Positions 7,422-16,796 of a DNA stretch of 45,625 nucleotides are shown piece after piece (position 1 is the stretch's first letter; every line of letters starts with the position of its first letter). The notes below the pieces were generated by a model, which did no database searches, was not told the DNA's origin, and was given only the letters and a program-made list of their open reading frames with translations. A program made the position numbers and the translations under genes. The stretch comes from an uncultured Planctomycetales bacterium (GTDB lineage Bacteria; Omnitrophota; Gorgyraeia; Gygaellales; Profunditerraquicolaceae): the NCBI GenBank assembly GCA_964405005.1, contig CAYOMI010000001.1:1-45625 (forward strand). Direction: 5' to 3'.

Positions 7422-10196
7422 ATGAAAATTGCACTTATTCAATGTCCGGTTTGGGGAACCTACGATCCGCCGCTTGCCTTAGCTCAGCTTTCTGCCTGCC
7501 TGAAAAAGGAGGGACACGAAGTTTATGTCTTAGACTTGAATATTCAGCTGTATCTTAATCGTAAAGAGAATTATAAGAATATGTGGGCTTGGGAACAATG
7601 CGGTTTTTGGTACGAACCAGCCCATGTCTCAAAATTTTTTGCCGATAATCAGGATGTTATAAATCAATATGTAAATCTCATCCTGAAGAATAATCAAAGA
7701 CTTATCTGTTTTTCCGTGACTACTTCATCCCGGCTTGCCAGCCTGGAGTTAGCGAAGGCAATAAAGAAAGAGAATAAAGACGTAACCATTATTTTTGGAG
7801 GCACATTATTTTTTGAAAAACATTGGATAGAGTCGGTATTGAATGAAGGCGTAGTGGATATCGTGGTACATGGGGAAGGGGAGGTTACTCTTACCGAGCT
7901 GGTAAGTTTACTCGAGGAAAAGAAGCCGCTTGATTCATGCCTCGGCGTGTCTTTTAAAAACGGCAACAGGATATTTAATGGCTCTCCCAGGCCATTTATT
8001 GCAAATTTAGATGACTTGCCATTTATGGATTTCTCCGGTCTTCCTTTGAGCAATTACGATGACGCCGGGCACATCCCTTTTTTGGCTAGCCGAGGGTGCA
8101 TTCAGCAATGTGTATTTTGCAGTTCGAGGGTATTTTGGCCCGGCTACAGGCGAATGAGCGGACAAAGAATTTTTGAAGAAATAGCATTTCATAAAAATAG
8201 AGACAATGAATTGGGGCACATTGATTTTTTGGATCTGATGTTTAACGGCGATATAAAAGCGCTGAGTTCATTTTGCGATCTAATAATTAATTCAGAATTA
8301 AAGGGTAATATATGCTGGGTAGCTAACGTTATCATCAGGCCAGAGATGACTCCAGAGCTTTTGAAGAAGATGAAAGGGGCGGGCTGTAAGCACCTAATTT
8401 ACGGTATTGAGTCGGGTTCGCAAAAGGTGCTGAATCTAATGAAGAAACGTTACCAGATAGAGGATGCCGATGCTGTAATCAGGGCCACTCACGAAGCGGG
8501 GATAGTGGTAACCGCCAATTTTATGTTCGGATTTCCCGGAGAGGAAGAAGGCGATTTTATCAAGACCTTAGATTTTATCAAAAGAAACGCCAAATATTTA
8601 GATAGGGTTTATCCAAGCAGGACCTTTTGCGCCTTAGAAGAATTCAGCTATTTACATACCCACCTGGAGGAATTTAGCATCAAACTTAACCCCCCTAATC
8701 ATCTATATTGGGAATCAGCCGACAATAAAAATATTTATCCCGAACGCCTCAGGCGTTGCGAAGAATTTTGTAAATTGGCCCTGTCTCTGGGGATTGAGGT
8801 AGCCAGCGGCGTGCAAACCTCGGTTGAACTCGACCGCTGGTTTAATTTAGCGCATTATTATGAACACAGGAAAGACGTTAAAAATGCGCTTGATTGTTAT
8901 TTGAAATATTATGAATTGGAACCCAAAAATAAAATAGTAGCAGAAAGGATTATTGACTATTCTGCTGAAATAGAGAAGACCAAAATGGGGCTAAACTTAG
9001 ACTCGGATTTTTTGGCGAAATTCGCAACAGTTGTTAATGCGATTAATTCTAACAGCAAAAGCGATTTATCACCAACAAAAAAATTAGAAAAAATTGGAAG
9101 AGAAAGAAGCATCGCTATAGTGAAAGCTGAACAGAGAGACAATTCGCTACTCAATGACCTCGAATATAACAATAAAGTACCCGTCCTACATTCTACGCCC
9201 AAGGCTTTTTTTCTGCAGGCTTCAGGTCCGTGTAATTCCAGTTGCACATTTTGCTCTCGCGGTAACGACTATGAAATGTTTGACCTAGAAATATACAGAA
9301 AGCGATTTGAGCAGAAAATAAACTTTCATCTTTCCAGGGCCGAACAGATCATCTTTACCGGCTCGGGAGAATTTCTGCTTTTGCCCGAAGCCGAAGAGAT
9401 TTTAGATTATTTCGATATCACCTTTCCGCACGTAAATAAGATGTTTTCAACCAATGGCTCAAGCTTGACTCCGAAGATATGCAAAAAGATAGCCGCAAGC
9501 AGAAGTAAATATACCATACATATATCCCTGCATGCTTCTAATAGCAAACTATACAAGGTCCTTACCCGGACGGATAACTTTTATAAGATTTTAGGACAAG
9601 CAAAATACCTGCTTGAGATTCGCAAAGATACGGGAAACCCGGCAATCTACCTGATATTTGTAGCCACAACCTTAAATATCGAAGATTTACCTAATTTTGT
9701 TAGGCTGGCCGCTCATTTAAAAGCAGATAAAGTAATCTGTTATTATAACTATATATATGTTCCCGCCCAGAAATATCTATCCTGTTTTTTCAAACAGGAA
9801 CTTACCAATCAAATGCTTGATGAGGCGGAAAATATAGCTAAGCAGTTAAATGTAAAGATTGATTTGCCCCCAAGATTCGGTCAGGAGAAATACCACATTT
9901 TAGGTATTTGCCGGGAAGCCTGGGGTCAGATTATGTTTAATCTTGAAGGCCACATTTTGCCCTGCGATGCTTCTGAAGATTGTGATGAAACCCTGGAAGG
10001 GGTTAAATGGTTCAGGGATGCCTGGAACGGCGTTTATTATCAAAACTTAAGAAAATCTTTAGTCGATGGCACAAGCGACTGTTTTAAATATTGCTTCCGG
10101 GCGAATCCGCAAGCAGTTAATGATTTTCGTTCTCATGTCATTCGCCGCGGGAAGAAAGAATCAGAGATAAATATTTTATGGGGAGATAATTTTTGA
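7422..10196 (+). CDS. Dual radical SAM fusion: cobalamin-binding-type (class B) rSAM + linker + second rSAM with Cys-rich C-terminus
   Basis: 924 aa, the same length and layout as 1112..3886. It has MKIALIQCPVWG, VVHGEGEVTLTEL and the core SRGCIQQCVFC (Cys226 codon at 8097). A TPR-like linker is present (WFNLAHYYEHRKDVKNALDCYLKYYELEP). The second core is GPCNSSCTFC (Cys604 codon at 9231), followed by SGEFLLL. The C-terminal Cys cluster reads CREAWGQIMFNLEGHILPCDASEDCDE...CFKYCF. Confidence 0.88.
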   Translation: MKIALIQCPVWGTYDPPLALAQLSACLKKEGHEVYVLDLNIQLYLNRKENYKNMWAWEQCGFWYEPAHVSKFFADNQDVINQYVNLILKNNQRLICFSVTTSSRLASLELAKAIKKENKDVTIIFGGTLFFEKHWIESVLNEGVVDIVVHGEGEVTLTELVSLLEEKKPLDSCLGVSFKNGNRIFNGSPRPFIANLDDLPFMDFSGLPLSNYDDAGHIPFLASRGCIQQCVFCSSRVFWPGYRRMSGQRIFEEIAFHKNRDNELGHIDFLDLMFNGDIKALSSFCDLIINSELKGNICWVANVIIRPEMTPELLKKMKGAGCKHLIYGIESGSQKVLNLMKKRYQIEDADAVIRATHEAGIVVTANFMFGFPGEEEGDFIKTLDFIKRNAKYLDRVYPSRTFCALEEFSYLHTHLEEFSIKLNPPNHLYWESADNKNIYPERLRRCEEFCKLALSLGIEVASGVQTSVELDRWFNLAHYYEHRKDVKNALDCYLKYYELEPKNKIVAERIIDYSAEIEKTKMGLNLDSDFLAKFATVVNAINSNSKSDLSPTKKLEKIGRERSIAIVKAEQRDNSLLNDLEYNNKVPVLHSTPKAFFLQASGPCNSSCTFCSRGNDYEMFDLEIYRKRFEQKINFHLSRAEQIIFTGSGEFLLLPEAEEILDYFDITFPHVNKMFSTNGSSLTPKICKKIAASRSKYTIHISLHASNSKLYKVLTRTDNFYKILGQAKYLLEIRKDTGNPAIYLIFVATTLNIEDLPNFVRLAAHLKADKVICYYNYIYVPAQKYLSCFFKQELTNQMLDEAENIAKQLNVKIDLPPRFGQEKYHILGICREAWGQIMFNLEGHILPCDASEDCDETLEGVKWFRDAWNGVYYQNLRKSLVDGTSDCFKYCFRANPQAVNDFRSHVIRRGKKESEINILWGDNF

Positions 10197-10205
10197 TAAA
10201 TTATT

Positions 10206-11282
10206 ATGTGTAATAGTTGCATATCAGTATTAAAACAAAATTATTTCGAAGGCGCCCTACTTGAAAAGAAGAGTTTTTATATTAATAAAGAACTCAATAA
10301 ATTGGAAACTCAAGAAAAGAGGATAGTGTTAAAATCTAACCCTGTAAACTTGATGATTATCTTGACAAGGCGATGTAATTTAAAGTGTATTATGTGCCCG
10401 CGAATTCACGAAGAAAAGATTGCTTTGCCGTTAGAGTTAGTCGGGAAGCTCTACCCCCTTTTTCCCTATTTAGAATGGATTGATTGGCAGGGCGGAGAGG
10501 TTTTTTTGGTAGATTATTTTAAAAAATTATTTTTGGAAATATCTAACCGCCAACCTCATATATTGCAACATATAACCACTAACGGCTTACTTATAGATAA
10601 AGAATGGGCCGAAATTTTTTCACAATCGAATGTCGATTTACTGTATTCAATAGACGGCGTTACCAAAGATGTTTATGAATACGTAAGAACTGGAGCAAGG
10701 TTTGATGATTTGATAAGAAGTTTAGAGCTAATAAATGAATTCAAAGAAAAACGCGGTAACTATAATAGGTTAGAGATGACCGCGGTAGTTATGAAGTGTA
10801 ATTATAAGAATTTGTCTCTATTCCCGGATTTCTGCAAAAGATATAATTTTAATTCTTTGACGTTGAATTTTTTACAACCCGAAATAATTCCTGAACAGGA
10901 TATCCTTATTAACCCAGACCCTGAAGCCATTTCTTATTTAAGGGTAATCATCCCCCAAATTAAAAATACATGTAAAGAATATAATATCGAATTTAAATGT
11001 ATGTTCGAATCCCGCCTTATAGATTCTCAACAACACCCTTTGGACAAAAATATTAAGGCGGATCCGTATGATTGCATTTATCCTTGGACAAGAATTCACG
11101 TTCAACCCGATGGTAAAGTCTATCCCGCGTGTCAATGTAGTTTAAGCATCGGCGATCTTAAAAATAACACTTGGGAAGATATCTGGAATGGGCATACGAT
11201 GCAATTGTATCGGAATTTAATTTTTAACGGGCGAAGAGAAGAAATTTGTTCTCAGCAATGCCTTATTTATCCCCCTGATTAG
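10206..11282 (+). CDS. Radical SAM protein with SPASM-like C-terminal Cys cluster (type S)
   Basis: Core LTRRCNLKCIMCPR, then WQGGEVFL and TTNGLL. C-terminus CIYPWTRIHVQPDGKVYPACQCSLSIGDL...ICSQQC. Paralog of 13919..14971 and of the C-terminal third of 16797..19715. All three share the N-terminal L-x-QE-[KR]-[KR]-I-x-L-x-S signature. Confidence 0.85.
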   Translation: MCNSCISVLKQNYFEGALLEKKSFYINKELNKLETQEKRIVLKSNPVNLMIILTRRCNLKCIMCPRIHEEKIALPLELVGKLYPLFPYLEWIDWQGGEVFLVDYFKKLFLEISNRQPHILQHITTNGLLIDKEWAEIFSQSNVDLLYSIDGVTKDVYEYVRTGARFDDLIRSLELINEFKEKRGNYNRLEMTAVVMKCNYKNLSLFPDFCKRYNFNSLTLNFLQPEIIPEQDILINPDPEAISYLRVIIPQIKNTCKEYNIEFKCMFESRLIDSQQHPLDKNIKADPYDCIYPWTRIHVQPDGKVYPACQCSLSIGDLKNNTWEDIWNGHTMQLYRNLIFNGRREEICSQQCLIYPPD

Positions 11283-11295
11283 AGTCAATTTTGCC

Positions 11296-12999
11296 ATGGA
11301 ACCCAAAGTACGCTTTACCTGGAACATGCTTTATGACTGTAATTACCGTTGTAGCTATTGTTTTTTTGAGGGTAAATGGCAGGAATATAGAAAGAGAAAT
11401 ATATATCTTTCTCCGGCAGAATGGCTGGAATACTGGAAAGCAATCCGTGATAAATATGGGCCGCCCTATCTTAATATTACTGGCGGAGAGCCTTTCATAT
11501 ATCCTAATTTCATTGAAATAATAAATAAGCTTTCGCAAATCTGTTACCACGTAGATATATCCAGTAATTCCTCCGGCGATTTAAAAACGTTCGTAGAACA
11601 AATAGATCCACAGAGGGTTTCTTTATCGCTTAGTTTCCAGCCCCAGTTCGATATATTAGAAGATTTTATTGAGCGGGTTATTTTCATAAGGAATCATAAA
11701 TTTGAAGGTTGCTTGAATTTTGTGGCATATCCGCCCTTTCTGAAAGATATAAGGGCCTATAAAGATAAGATTAATTTCATCGGAGAGAATTTGAAGATTA
11801 TTCCATTTTTTGGCATATACGGGGGGCGGACATACCCCGGCGCATATACTCAGGAAGAGAAAGAACTGGTTGGGATCAGCGAGGCTTGGTTTGCAAAAGT
11901 TCGAAAAAAGGGATCGCTGTGCCATGCGGGCCAGAAGGCCGCGCTTATTTTTCCTGATGGCAAAGTAACCAGGTGTGGGCAGGTCGGGGAAAATATGCTT
12001 TTGGGAACTTTTTTTGATCCGGATTTCAAGCTTTTAGACAACCCCTTGCCTTGCGATGCCGAATTTTGTCCCTGCGATGAGGATAAAGTATTACCCACGG
12101 ATGGCAATGACAGCGCTACGGCGAAAGTTTTAGAAAACAAATCAGAAACGGAACCCAAAATACAATCAGAGGGGGAGCCTAAAAGAAGTATATACTTCAC
12201 CTGGGATATCCATTATAAATGTAATTTCCGCTGTCCTTATTGCTGGTTTTTTAGAGGATGGGCCGAAGGGGCCAGGCGCAATATATATTTTGCTCCGGAA
12301 GAGTGGATGAAACACTGGAAGAGGGTTTACGATAAATACGGGAAAGTTCATATAGAGATTACAGGAGGAGAGCCTTTTCTCTACCCAAATTTTATTGAAC
12401 TTATAAAATTACTTTCCGATGTTCACTCTGTTAAGGTTACGACCAATATGTCGGGAGATATCGAGACTTTTGTCAGAGAGATTGATCCGAAAAAGGTAAT
12501 TTTAGACCTTAATTTCCACCCCTTGTTTAGCGATATAGATGCGTTTATGAAAAAGACCTTACTTTTAAAAGATGCGGGTTTTAAAGCCGGCGTCTGTTAT
12601 CTTGCCTATCCGCCGCAGATGACAAGGATAAATATGTTCAAAGAGCGCTTTGAAGAGAACGGTATTAATTTTGCCCTCGCCGCGTTCTGGGGCGAATATA
12701 GAGGCAAGAGATATCCGGAAAGTTATACGCCGGAAGAGATAGAATTCATCCGCCCGTTTCTGGGGGATATTGATAGGATTGTCTATCATCTAAAGGGCGA
12801 AAGCCCCAAAGGCAAGTTGTGCAATGCGGGATATAAATACGCAGTTATCCAGGCCGATGGGAAAGTAATCAGATGCGGGCAATTAGCGGATAAAATAATA
12901 AGTAACTTTTTGCACGAAGACTTCCATCTTTTAGATAAAGCTGAACCTTGCGAAGCTGAGCATTGCCCCTGCAATGAGTATGTGAATCTTAGCAACTAG
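11296..12999 (+). CDS. Di-domain protein: two tandem compact radical SAM domains (type A-A)
   Basis: Core 1 is DCNYRCSYCFF (Cys15 codon at 11338), with TGGEPFIYPNF and the tail LPCDAEFCPCDE. An acidic/Ser-Thr linker follows (DGNDSATAKVLENKSETEPKIQSEGEPK). Core 2 is KCNFRCPYCWF (Cys309 codon at 12220), with TGGEPFLYPNF and the tail EPCEAEHCPCNE. Confidence 0.85.
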   Translation: MEPKVRFTWNMLYDCNYRCSYCFFEGKWQEYRKRNIYLSPAEWLEYWKAIRDKYGPPYLNITGGEPFIYPNFIEIINKLSQICYHVDISSNSSGDLKTFVEQIDPQRVSLSLSFQPQFDILEDFIERVIFIRNHKFEGCLNFVAYPPFLKDIRAYKDKINFIGENLKIIPFFGIYGGRTYPGAYTQEEKELVGISEAWFAKVRKKGSLCHAGQKAALIFPDGKVTRCGQVGENMLLGTFFDPDFKLLDNPLPCDAEFCPCDEDKVLPTDGNDSATAKVLENKSETEPKIQSEGEPKRSIYFTWDIHYKCNFRCPYCWFFRGWAEGARRNIYFAPEEWMKHWKRVYDKYGKVHIEITGGEPFLYPNFIELIKLLSDVHSVKVTTNMSGDIETFVREIDPKKVILDLNFHPLFSDIDAFMKKTLLLKDAGFKAGVCYLAYPPQMTRINMFKERFEENGINFALAAFWGEYRGKRYPESYTPEEIEFIRPFLGDIDRIVYHLKGESPKGKLCNAGYKYAVIQADGKVIRCGQLADKIISNFLHEDFHLLDKAEPCEAEHCPCNEYVNLSN

Positions 13000-13037
13000 A
13001 GATTTATCGTTATATTTTAGGAAGATTACAAAGCGAA

Positions 13038-13877
13038 ATGATGGAATTCAATTGGGACATTCATTATAAATGTAATTATAGGTGCCCTTATTGTCCGTTT
13101 TACGGAAAATGGCAAGAAGTATCGCAGGCGAGCAGGTATTTTTCTGTAGAAGAATGGATATCTGCATGGAGGAGGGTCTATAAGAAATACGGGACCGTGC
13201 GTATTATCATGGCCGGAGGAGAACCGATTATCTATCCTTCTTCATTCGCCCTAATTAAAGAATTATCGAGAATGCACCAACTCGATGTAGTTACTAATCT
13301 TTCGTGTTCAAAAGAGGTATTATCTGATTTAATCGGTCAACTTGATGATTCGCATAAATTATCTTTGAGTGCCAGCTATCAGCCGCTATTTACAAGTTTT
13401 GAACTTTTTCTGGAGAAAATATTGATTATAAAAGAAAAGGGCATCCTTGCCGGGATAAACATTGTAGCGTACCCCCCCGCATTGAAACTGTTAGGCTATT
13501 TCAAAGATGAATTCAAAAAAAACGGCTTTAACATAGTAATCTTGCCTTTTAGGGGAGAATACGGCGGAGTTATCTATCCTTATGGATATACAGCTGAAGA
13601 GGCCAGTATGATTTATGATCTGGCTGCCGATTTTCCAATAAAACAGCAGGAACAGCTGGAACAATTCATGCATCCGAATAAATCCAAGGGGAAACTTTGT
13701 TATGCCGGACAGAAATACGTGCATATTGGCTGTGATGCCCAAGTATACAGATGTAACACAGGCGAGCAAAGGATAGGTTATTTTTTCGACGAAAAGCTCA
13801 CCTTTCTGGAACATCCTTTGGTTTGCGAACAAGAAGTTTGCCCTTGCGAATTTAGGTGGCTGGTAAAGGATAATTGA
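13038..13877 (+). CDS. Compact radical SAM protein (type A)
   Basis: FNWDIHYKCNYRCPYCPF, AGGEPIIYPS, AYPPALKL and KGKLCYAGQKY. The C-terminal tail is LVCEQEVCPCEF. 279 aa, single domain. Confidence 0.85.
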   Translation: MMEFNWDIHYKCNYRCPYCPFYGKWQEVSQASRYFSVEEWISAWRRVYKKYGTVRIIMAGGEPIIYPSSFALIKELSRMHQLDVVTNLSCSKEVLSDLIGQLDDSHKLSLSASYQPLFTSFELFLEKILIIKEKGILAGINIVAYPPALKLLGYFKDEFKKNGFNIVILPFRGEYGGVIYPYGYTAEEASMIYDLAADFPIKQQEQLEQFMHPNKSKGKLCYAGQKYVHIGCDAQVYRCNTGEQRIGYFFDEKLTFLEHPLVCEQEVCPCEFRWLVKDN

Positions 13878-13918
13878 CGGGAAATGGACTATTTTTTTGA
13901 TTGCAGCCCATATTAATT

Positions 13919-14971
13919 ATGTATTCTGAATCTAAAAAAGATTCCGGCCTTTTTTTAAATAACAAAGAGATTAATGCGGAAGAGACGAAGGAACGCAAGA
14001 TAACCCTGGAATCCAAGCCTTTGTTACTGGGGATTATAATCAATGATTGGTGTAACCTGGATTGCATTATGTGCCTGGACTCAAGGCATAAAAATCAATA
14101 CGCTTTATCCGTGCCTGCCTTATGGAAAATCAAGGAATTATTGCCTTATCTTGAAAGAATAGATTGGCAGGGAGGAGAATTTTTTCATTTAGATTATATG
14201 AAGGAAATATTCCTGTTTATGAAGGGTTATCCCCATATAAGGCACACCATCACTACAAACGGTTTACTATTAAATGAAGAATGGATAGAATTACTGCTCA
14301 ATTTAAATACGGCGGTGACTTTTTCTATTGATAGCCCCAGAAAAGAAACATACGAATATATACGCCGGGGCGGCAGTTACGATGAATTGATAGAGCGCCT
14401 CAATTTAATTATTGACTTAGAGCAAAAATATAAAAAGAGACTAGAAAGATACCTTACCGTCGTTGTTATGAAGTCTAATTACCTCCATTTAGCTGAATTT
14501 GTTGAGTTCGCAAAAAAATATGGATTTAGTTCTGTGTTTTTTTCTCCTGTGAGACACCTGGAAAATGAAGAAAACATTTTTAAGCATATTAGTGAAGATA
14601 CCCAAAAATACCTTAGTAGGATTATGAGCGAATTGAAATCTCGTTTCGCTGAAAGCGGCATAGAATTTAAGTGTAATCTACCGGAGTCCCATAAGAGGCC
14701 GGATGTTGTTCAGGGCGGATTGCCGATAAAGAAGGAAGGGGATTTATTATGCGATCTCCCCTGGAAAGGGATGTTCATCTGTGCTGAAAGAAATGGCGAT
14801 ATTGTTCCTGACTGCTGGTGTTTACAGCCAATAGGTAATATCTTCCAGAATACTTTGCTGGAAGCCTGGAATAGCCAGAAAATGCAGGAATATCGCAGAA
14901 GAATAGCCGCGTACGATATGGGGCTGTGTAGCGAATGTTATGCGCAAGACCAATATATCAGGTCTTTTTAA
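13919..14971 (+). CDS. Radical SAM protein with SPASM-like C-terminal Cys cluster (type S)
   Basis: Core NDWCNLDCIMCLD, then WQGGEFFHL and TTNGLLL. C-terminus CDLPWKGMFICAERNGDIVPDCWCLQPIGNIF...LCSECY. The preferred start is the ATG at 13919 (MYSESKK...). The ORF track starts at a TTG at 13901. The stop abuts the next gene's start (TAAATG). Confidence 0.83.
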   Translation: MYSESKKDSGLFLNNKEINAEETKERKITLESKPLLLGIIINDWCNLDCIMCLDSRHKNQYALSVPALWKIKELLPYLERIDWQGGEFFHLDYMKEIFLFMKGYPHIRHTITTNGLLLNEEWIELLLNLNTAVTFSIDSPRKETYEYIRRGGSYDELIERLNLIIDLEQKYKKRLERYLTVVVMKSNYLHLAEFVEFAKKYGFSSVFFSPVRHLENEENIFKHISEDTQKYLSRIMSELKSRFAESGIEFKCNLPESHKRPDVVQGGLPIKKEGDLLCDLPWKGMFICAERNGDIVPDCWCLQPIGNIFQNTLLEAWNSQKMQEYRRRIAAYDMGLCSECYAQDQYIRSF

Positions 14972-15904
14972 ATGATTAAACCGCCGCCCGATTTTAGAAG
15001 GGGTATCGCTCCGCATAGGGTATTTTTTAACTGGGAGGTTACTTATAAATGTAATTATAACTGTTCGTATTGCAGTTTTGGGGGTGCCTCTAAGAGAAAA
15101 GAACCGCGGCCCACCGTTTATCCCGGCATAGATAAATGGTTTCAGGCATGGCACAGTATATACCAAAGATACGGCAGTTGCGAAATACATTTTGCTGGCG
15201 GCGAACCTTTTGTCTACCCTGAATTTATGGATTTAATCGAGCAGTTATCCGAAATCCATACGATGGAATTTTCTACAAATCTTTTTTGGGATCCCGATGA
15301 TTTTATAAAGAGAATAAGACCCGGCAGAGCGCGTATAGGCGTAAGTTTCCATTCCGAATTCGTTGATTTTGATACCTTTTTTTTAAAGGCGTTAAGCCTT
15401 AAAGGGGCGGGTTTTGAAGTTTGGGCAAATTATGTTGCCTACCCCCTGTTTATGGAAGGCATGGATAAATATAAGAAAAAATTCGAAGAATCCGGAATAT
15501 CGATGTCTATTTTGCCTTTTAAGGGCAAGTATGACGGAAGGGAATACCCCGAAAGTTACACCCGGCAGGAAAGAGAGTGCCTGAGGAAACTCGGCACATC
15601 CAGTTGGACAGAGAAAACCCTGGATTTCGCTTTTGATAAAGAGAAAGGCAATGTTCGCGATAAGCTGTGTCACATGGGACAGATGTATGCAAAGATACAC
15701 CCCGACGGCGAAGTTTATAACTGCTGCGCGGAAAACGCCTTAAGGTTAGGTAATATTATTGATGGCACGTTCTCTCTATTGGAGGAACCGTTTTTCTGCA
15801 AACAAAGCAATTGTCCCTGTTGGAGGGCTATGGTCGTGGGGAATGCGGGTTATTGGCTGGAACATTGGCCGGTTCCTCCCGATGCAAGATATAATAACAC
15901 GTAG
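14972..15904 (+). CDS. Compact radical SAM protein (type B variant)
   Basis: FNWEVTYKCNYNCSYCSF, AGGEPFVYPEF, ANYVAYP and LCHMGQMYAKIHPDGEVYNCC. The tail is FCKQSNCPCWRAMVVGNAGYWLEHWPVPPD. This tail and the CEIH/ANYVAYP signatures recur only in the middle domain of 16797..19715. Confidence 0.85.
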   Translation: MIKPPPDFRRGIAPHRVFFNWEVTYKCNYNCSYCSFGGASKRKEPRPTVYPGIDKWFQAWHSIYQRYGSCEIHFAGGEPFVYPEFMDLIEQLSEIHTMEFSTNLFWDPDDFIKRIRPGRARIGVSFHSEFVDFDTFFLKALSLKGAGFEVWANYVAYPLFMEGMDKYKKKFEESGISMSILPFKGKYDGREYPESYTRQERECLRKLGTSSWTEKTLDFAFDKEKGNVRDKLCHMGQMYAKIHPDGEVYNCCAENALRLGNIIDGTFSLLEEPFFCKQSNCPCWRAMVVGNAGYWLEHWPVPPDARYNNT

Positions 15905-15936
15905 CTATTTACAGAGTTAAAGCGGAGAAGGCCGTT

Positions 15937-16752
15937 TTGGACAATCAGATTTTATTCTCTTGGGATATTCATTATGTTTGTAATTACCGCTGTCCCTACT
16001 GCTGGTTTGACGAGATATGGTGTGACTTAGCGAAACAAAATAAATATTTGCCTATAGGAAAAATAATAGAAGCATGGGAGAAGATTTATATAAATTATGG
16101 TCCTGCGCGTATTGCGGTTTTAGGCGGCGAGCCATTTATCTACCCCCGCTTTAAGGAATTAATCAGAGAGTTATCCAGAATGCATTTTTTGGAAATTACT
16201 TCTAACCTATCCGTTAAATTAGATTACTTTATGGAAGAAATAAATCCTCCGCGGGTAAGCGTTACCGGCACATTCCATCCCCTGTTTGCTGATTTCGACA
16301 ACTTCATTAAAAATGTCTTGCCCTTGAAGGAAAAGGGCACCTGTCACCAGATATGGTACGTGGCTTATCCGCCTCAAATTAAGCTAATGCAGTATTACAA
16401 AAAGAAATTCGATAAATATAAAATTCCGGTTTCAGTAATGACTTTTTGGGGAAATTGCCACGGCATAAGATATCCTCAGGGTTATACAAAAGAAGAAAAG
16501 GATATTATTGCGCCGTATCTTGGCGAAAGGGGAGGAGAAGAGTTTCAATTGAAGCCTAAAAAGACAAAAGGGAAATTATGTCGTGCCGGCCAGGCATATG
16601 CTGTTATCAAAGCAGGCGGTCTGGCATACAGATGCAGCGAGAGTTGCCTTGAGCCGATAGGCAATTTTTTTAGCAATAATTTTAAATTGCTGAAGGAGCC
16701 CCGGCCCTGCGAATCTGAATTTTGCCCCTGTAATGAATGGCGCTTTTGTTAG
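15937..16752 (+). CDS. Compact radical SAM protein (type A)
   Basis: FSWDIHYVCNYRCPYCWF, LGGEPFIYPRF, AYPPQIKL and KGKLCRAGQAY. The tail is RPCESEFCPCNEW. TTG start at 15937 preceded by GGAGAAGG. About 55-60% identical by eye to the first domain of the next gene, with exact nucleotide patches shared. Confidence 0.82.
   Translation: MDNQILFSWDIHYVCNYRCPYCWFDEIWCDLAKQNKYLPIGKIIEAWEKIYINYGPARIAVLGGEPFIYPRFKELIRELSRMHFLEITSNLSVKLDYFMEEINPPRVSVTGTFHPLFADFDNFIKNVLPLKEKGTCHQIWYVAYPPQIKLMQYYKKKFDKYKIPVSVMTFWGNCHGIRYPQGYTKEEKDIIAPYLGERGGEEFQLKPKKTKGKLCRAGQAYAVIKAGGLAYRCSESCLEPIGNFFSNNFKLLKEPRPCESEFCPCNEWRFC
15968..15995. repeat. 28-nt exact direct repeat, copy 1 (rSAM core of 15937..16752)
   Basis: ttcattatgtttgtaattaccgctgtcc is identical at 16843..16870. 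It encodes HYVCNYRCP. Confidence 0.9.
16699..16740. repeat. 42-nt exact direct repeat, copy 1 (3' end of 15937..16752)
   Basis: ccccggccctgcgaatctgaattttgcccctgtaatgaatgg is identical at 17574..17615. It encodes PRPCESEFCPCNEW in both genes. Confidence 0.9.
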
Positions 16753-16796
16753 TTAAACCAGAAAAGTCTGCCGTTTAAAATAGAATAAAAAGAAAG

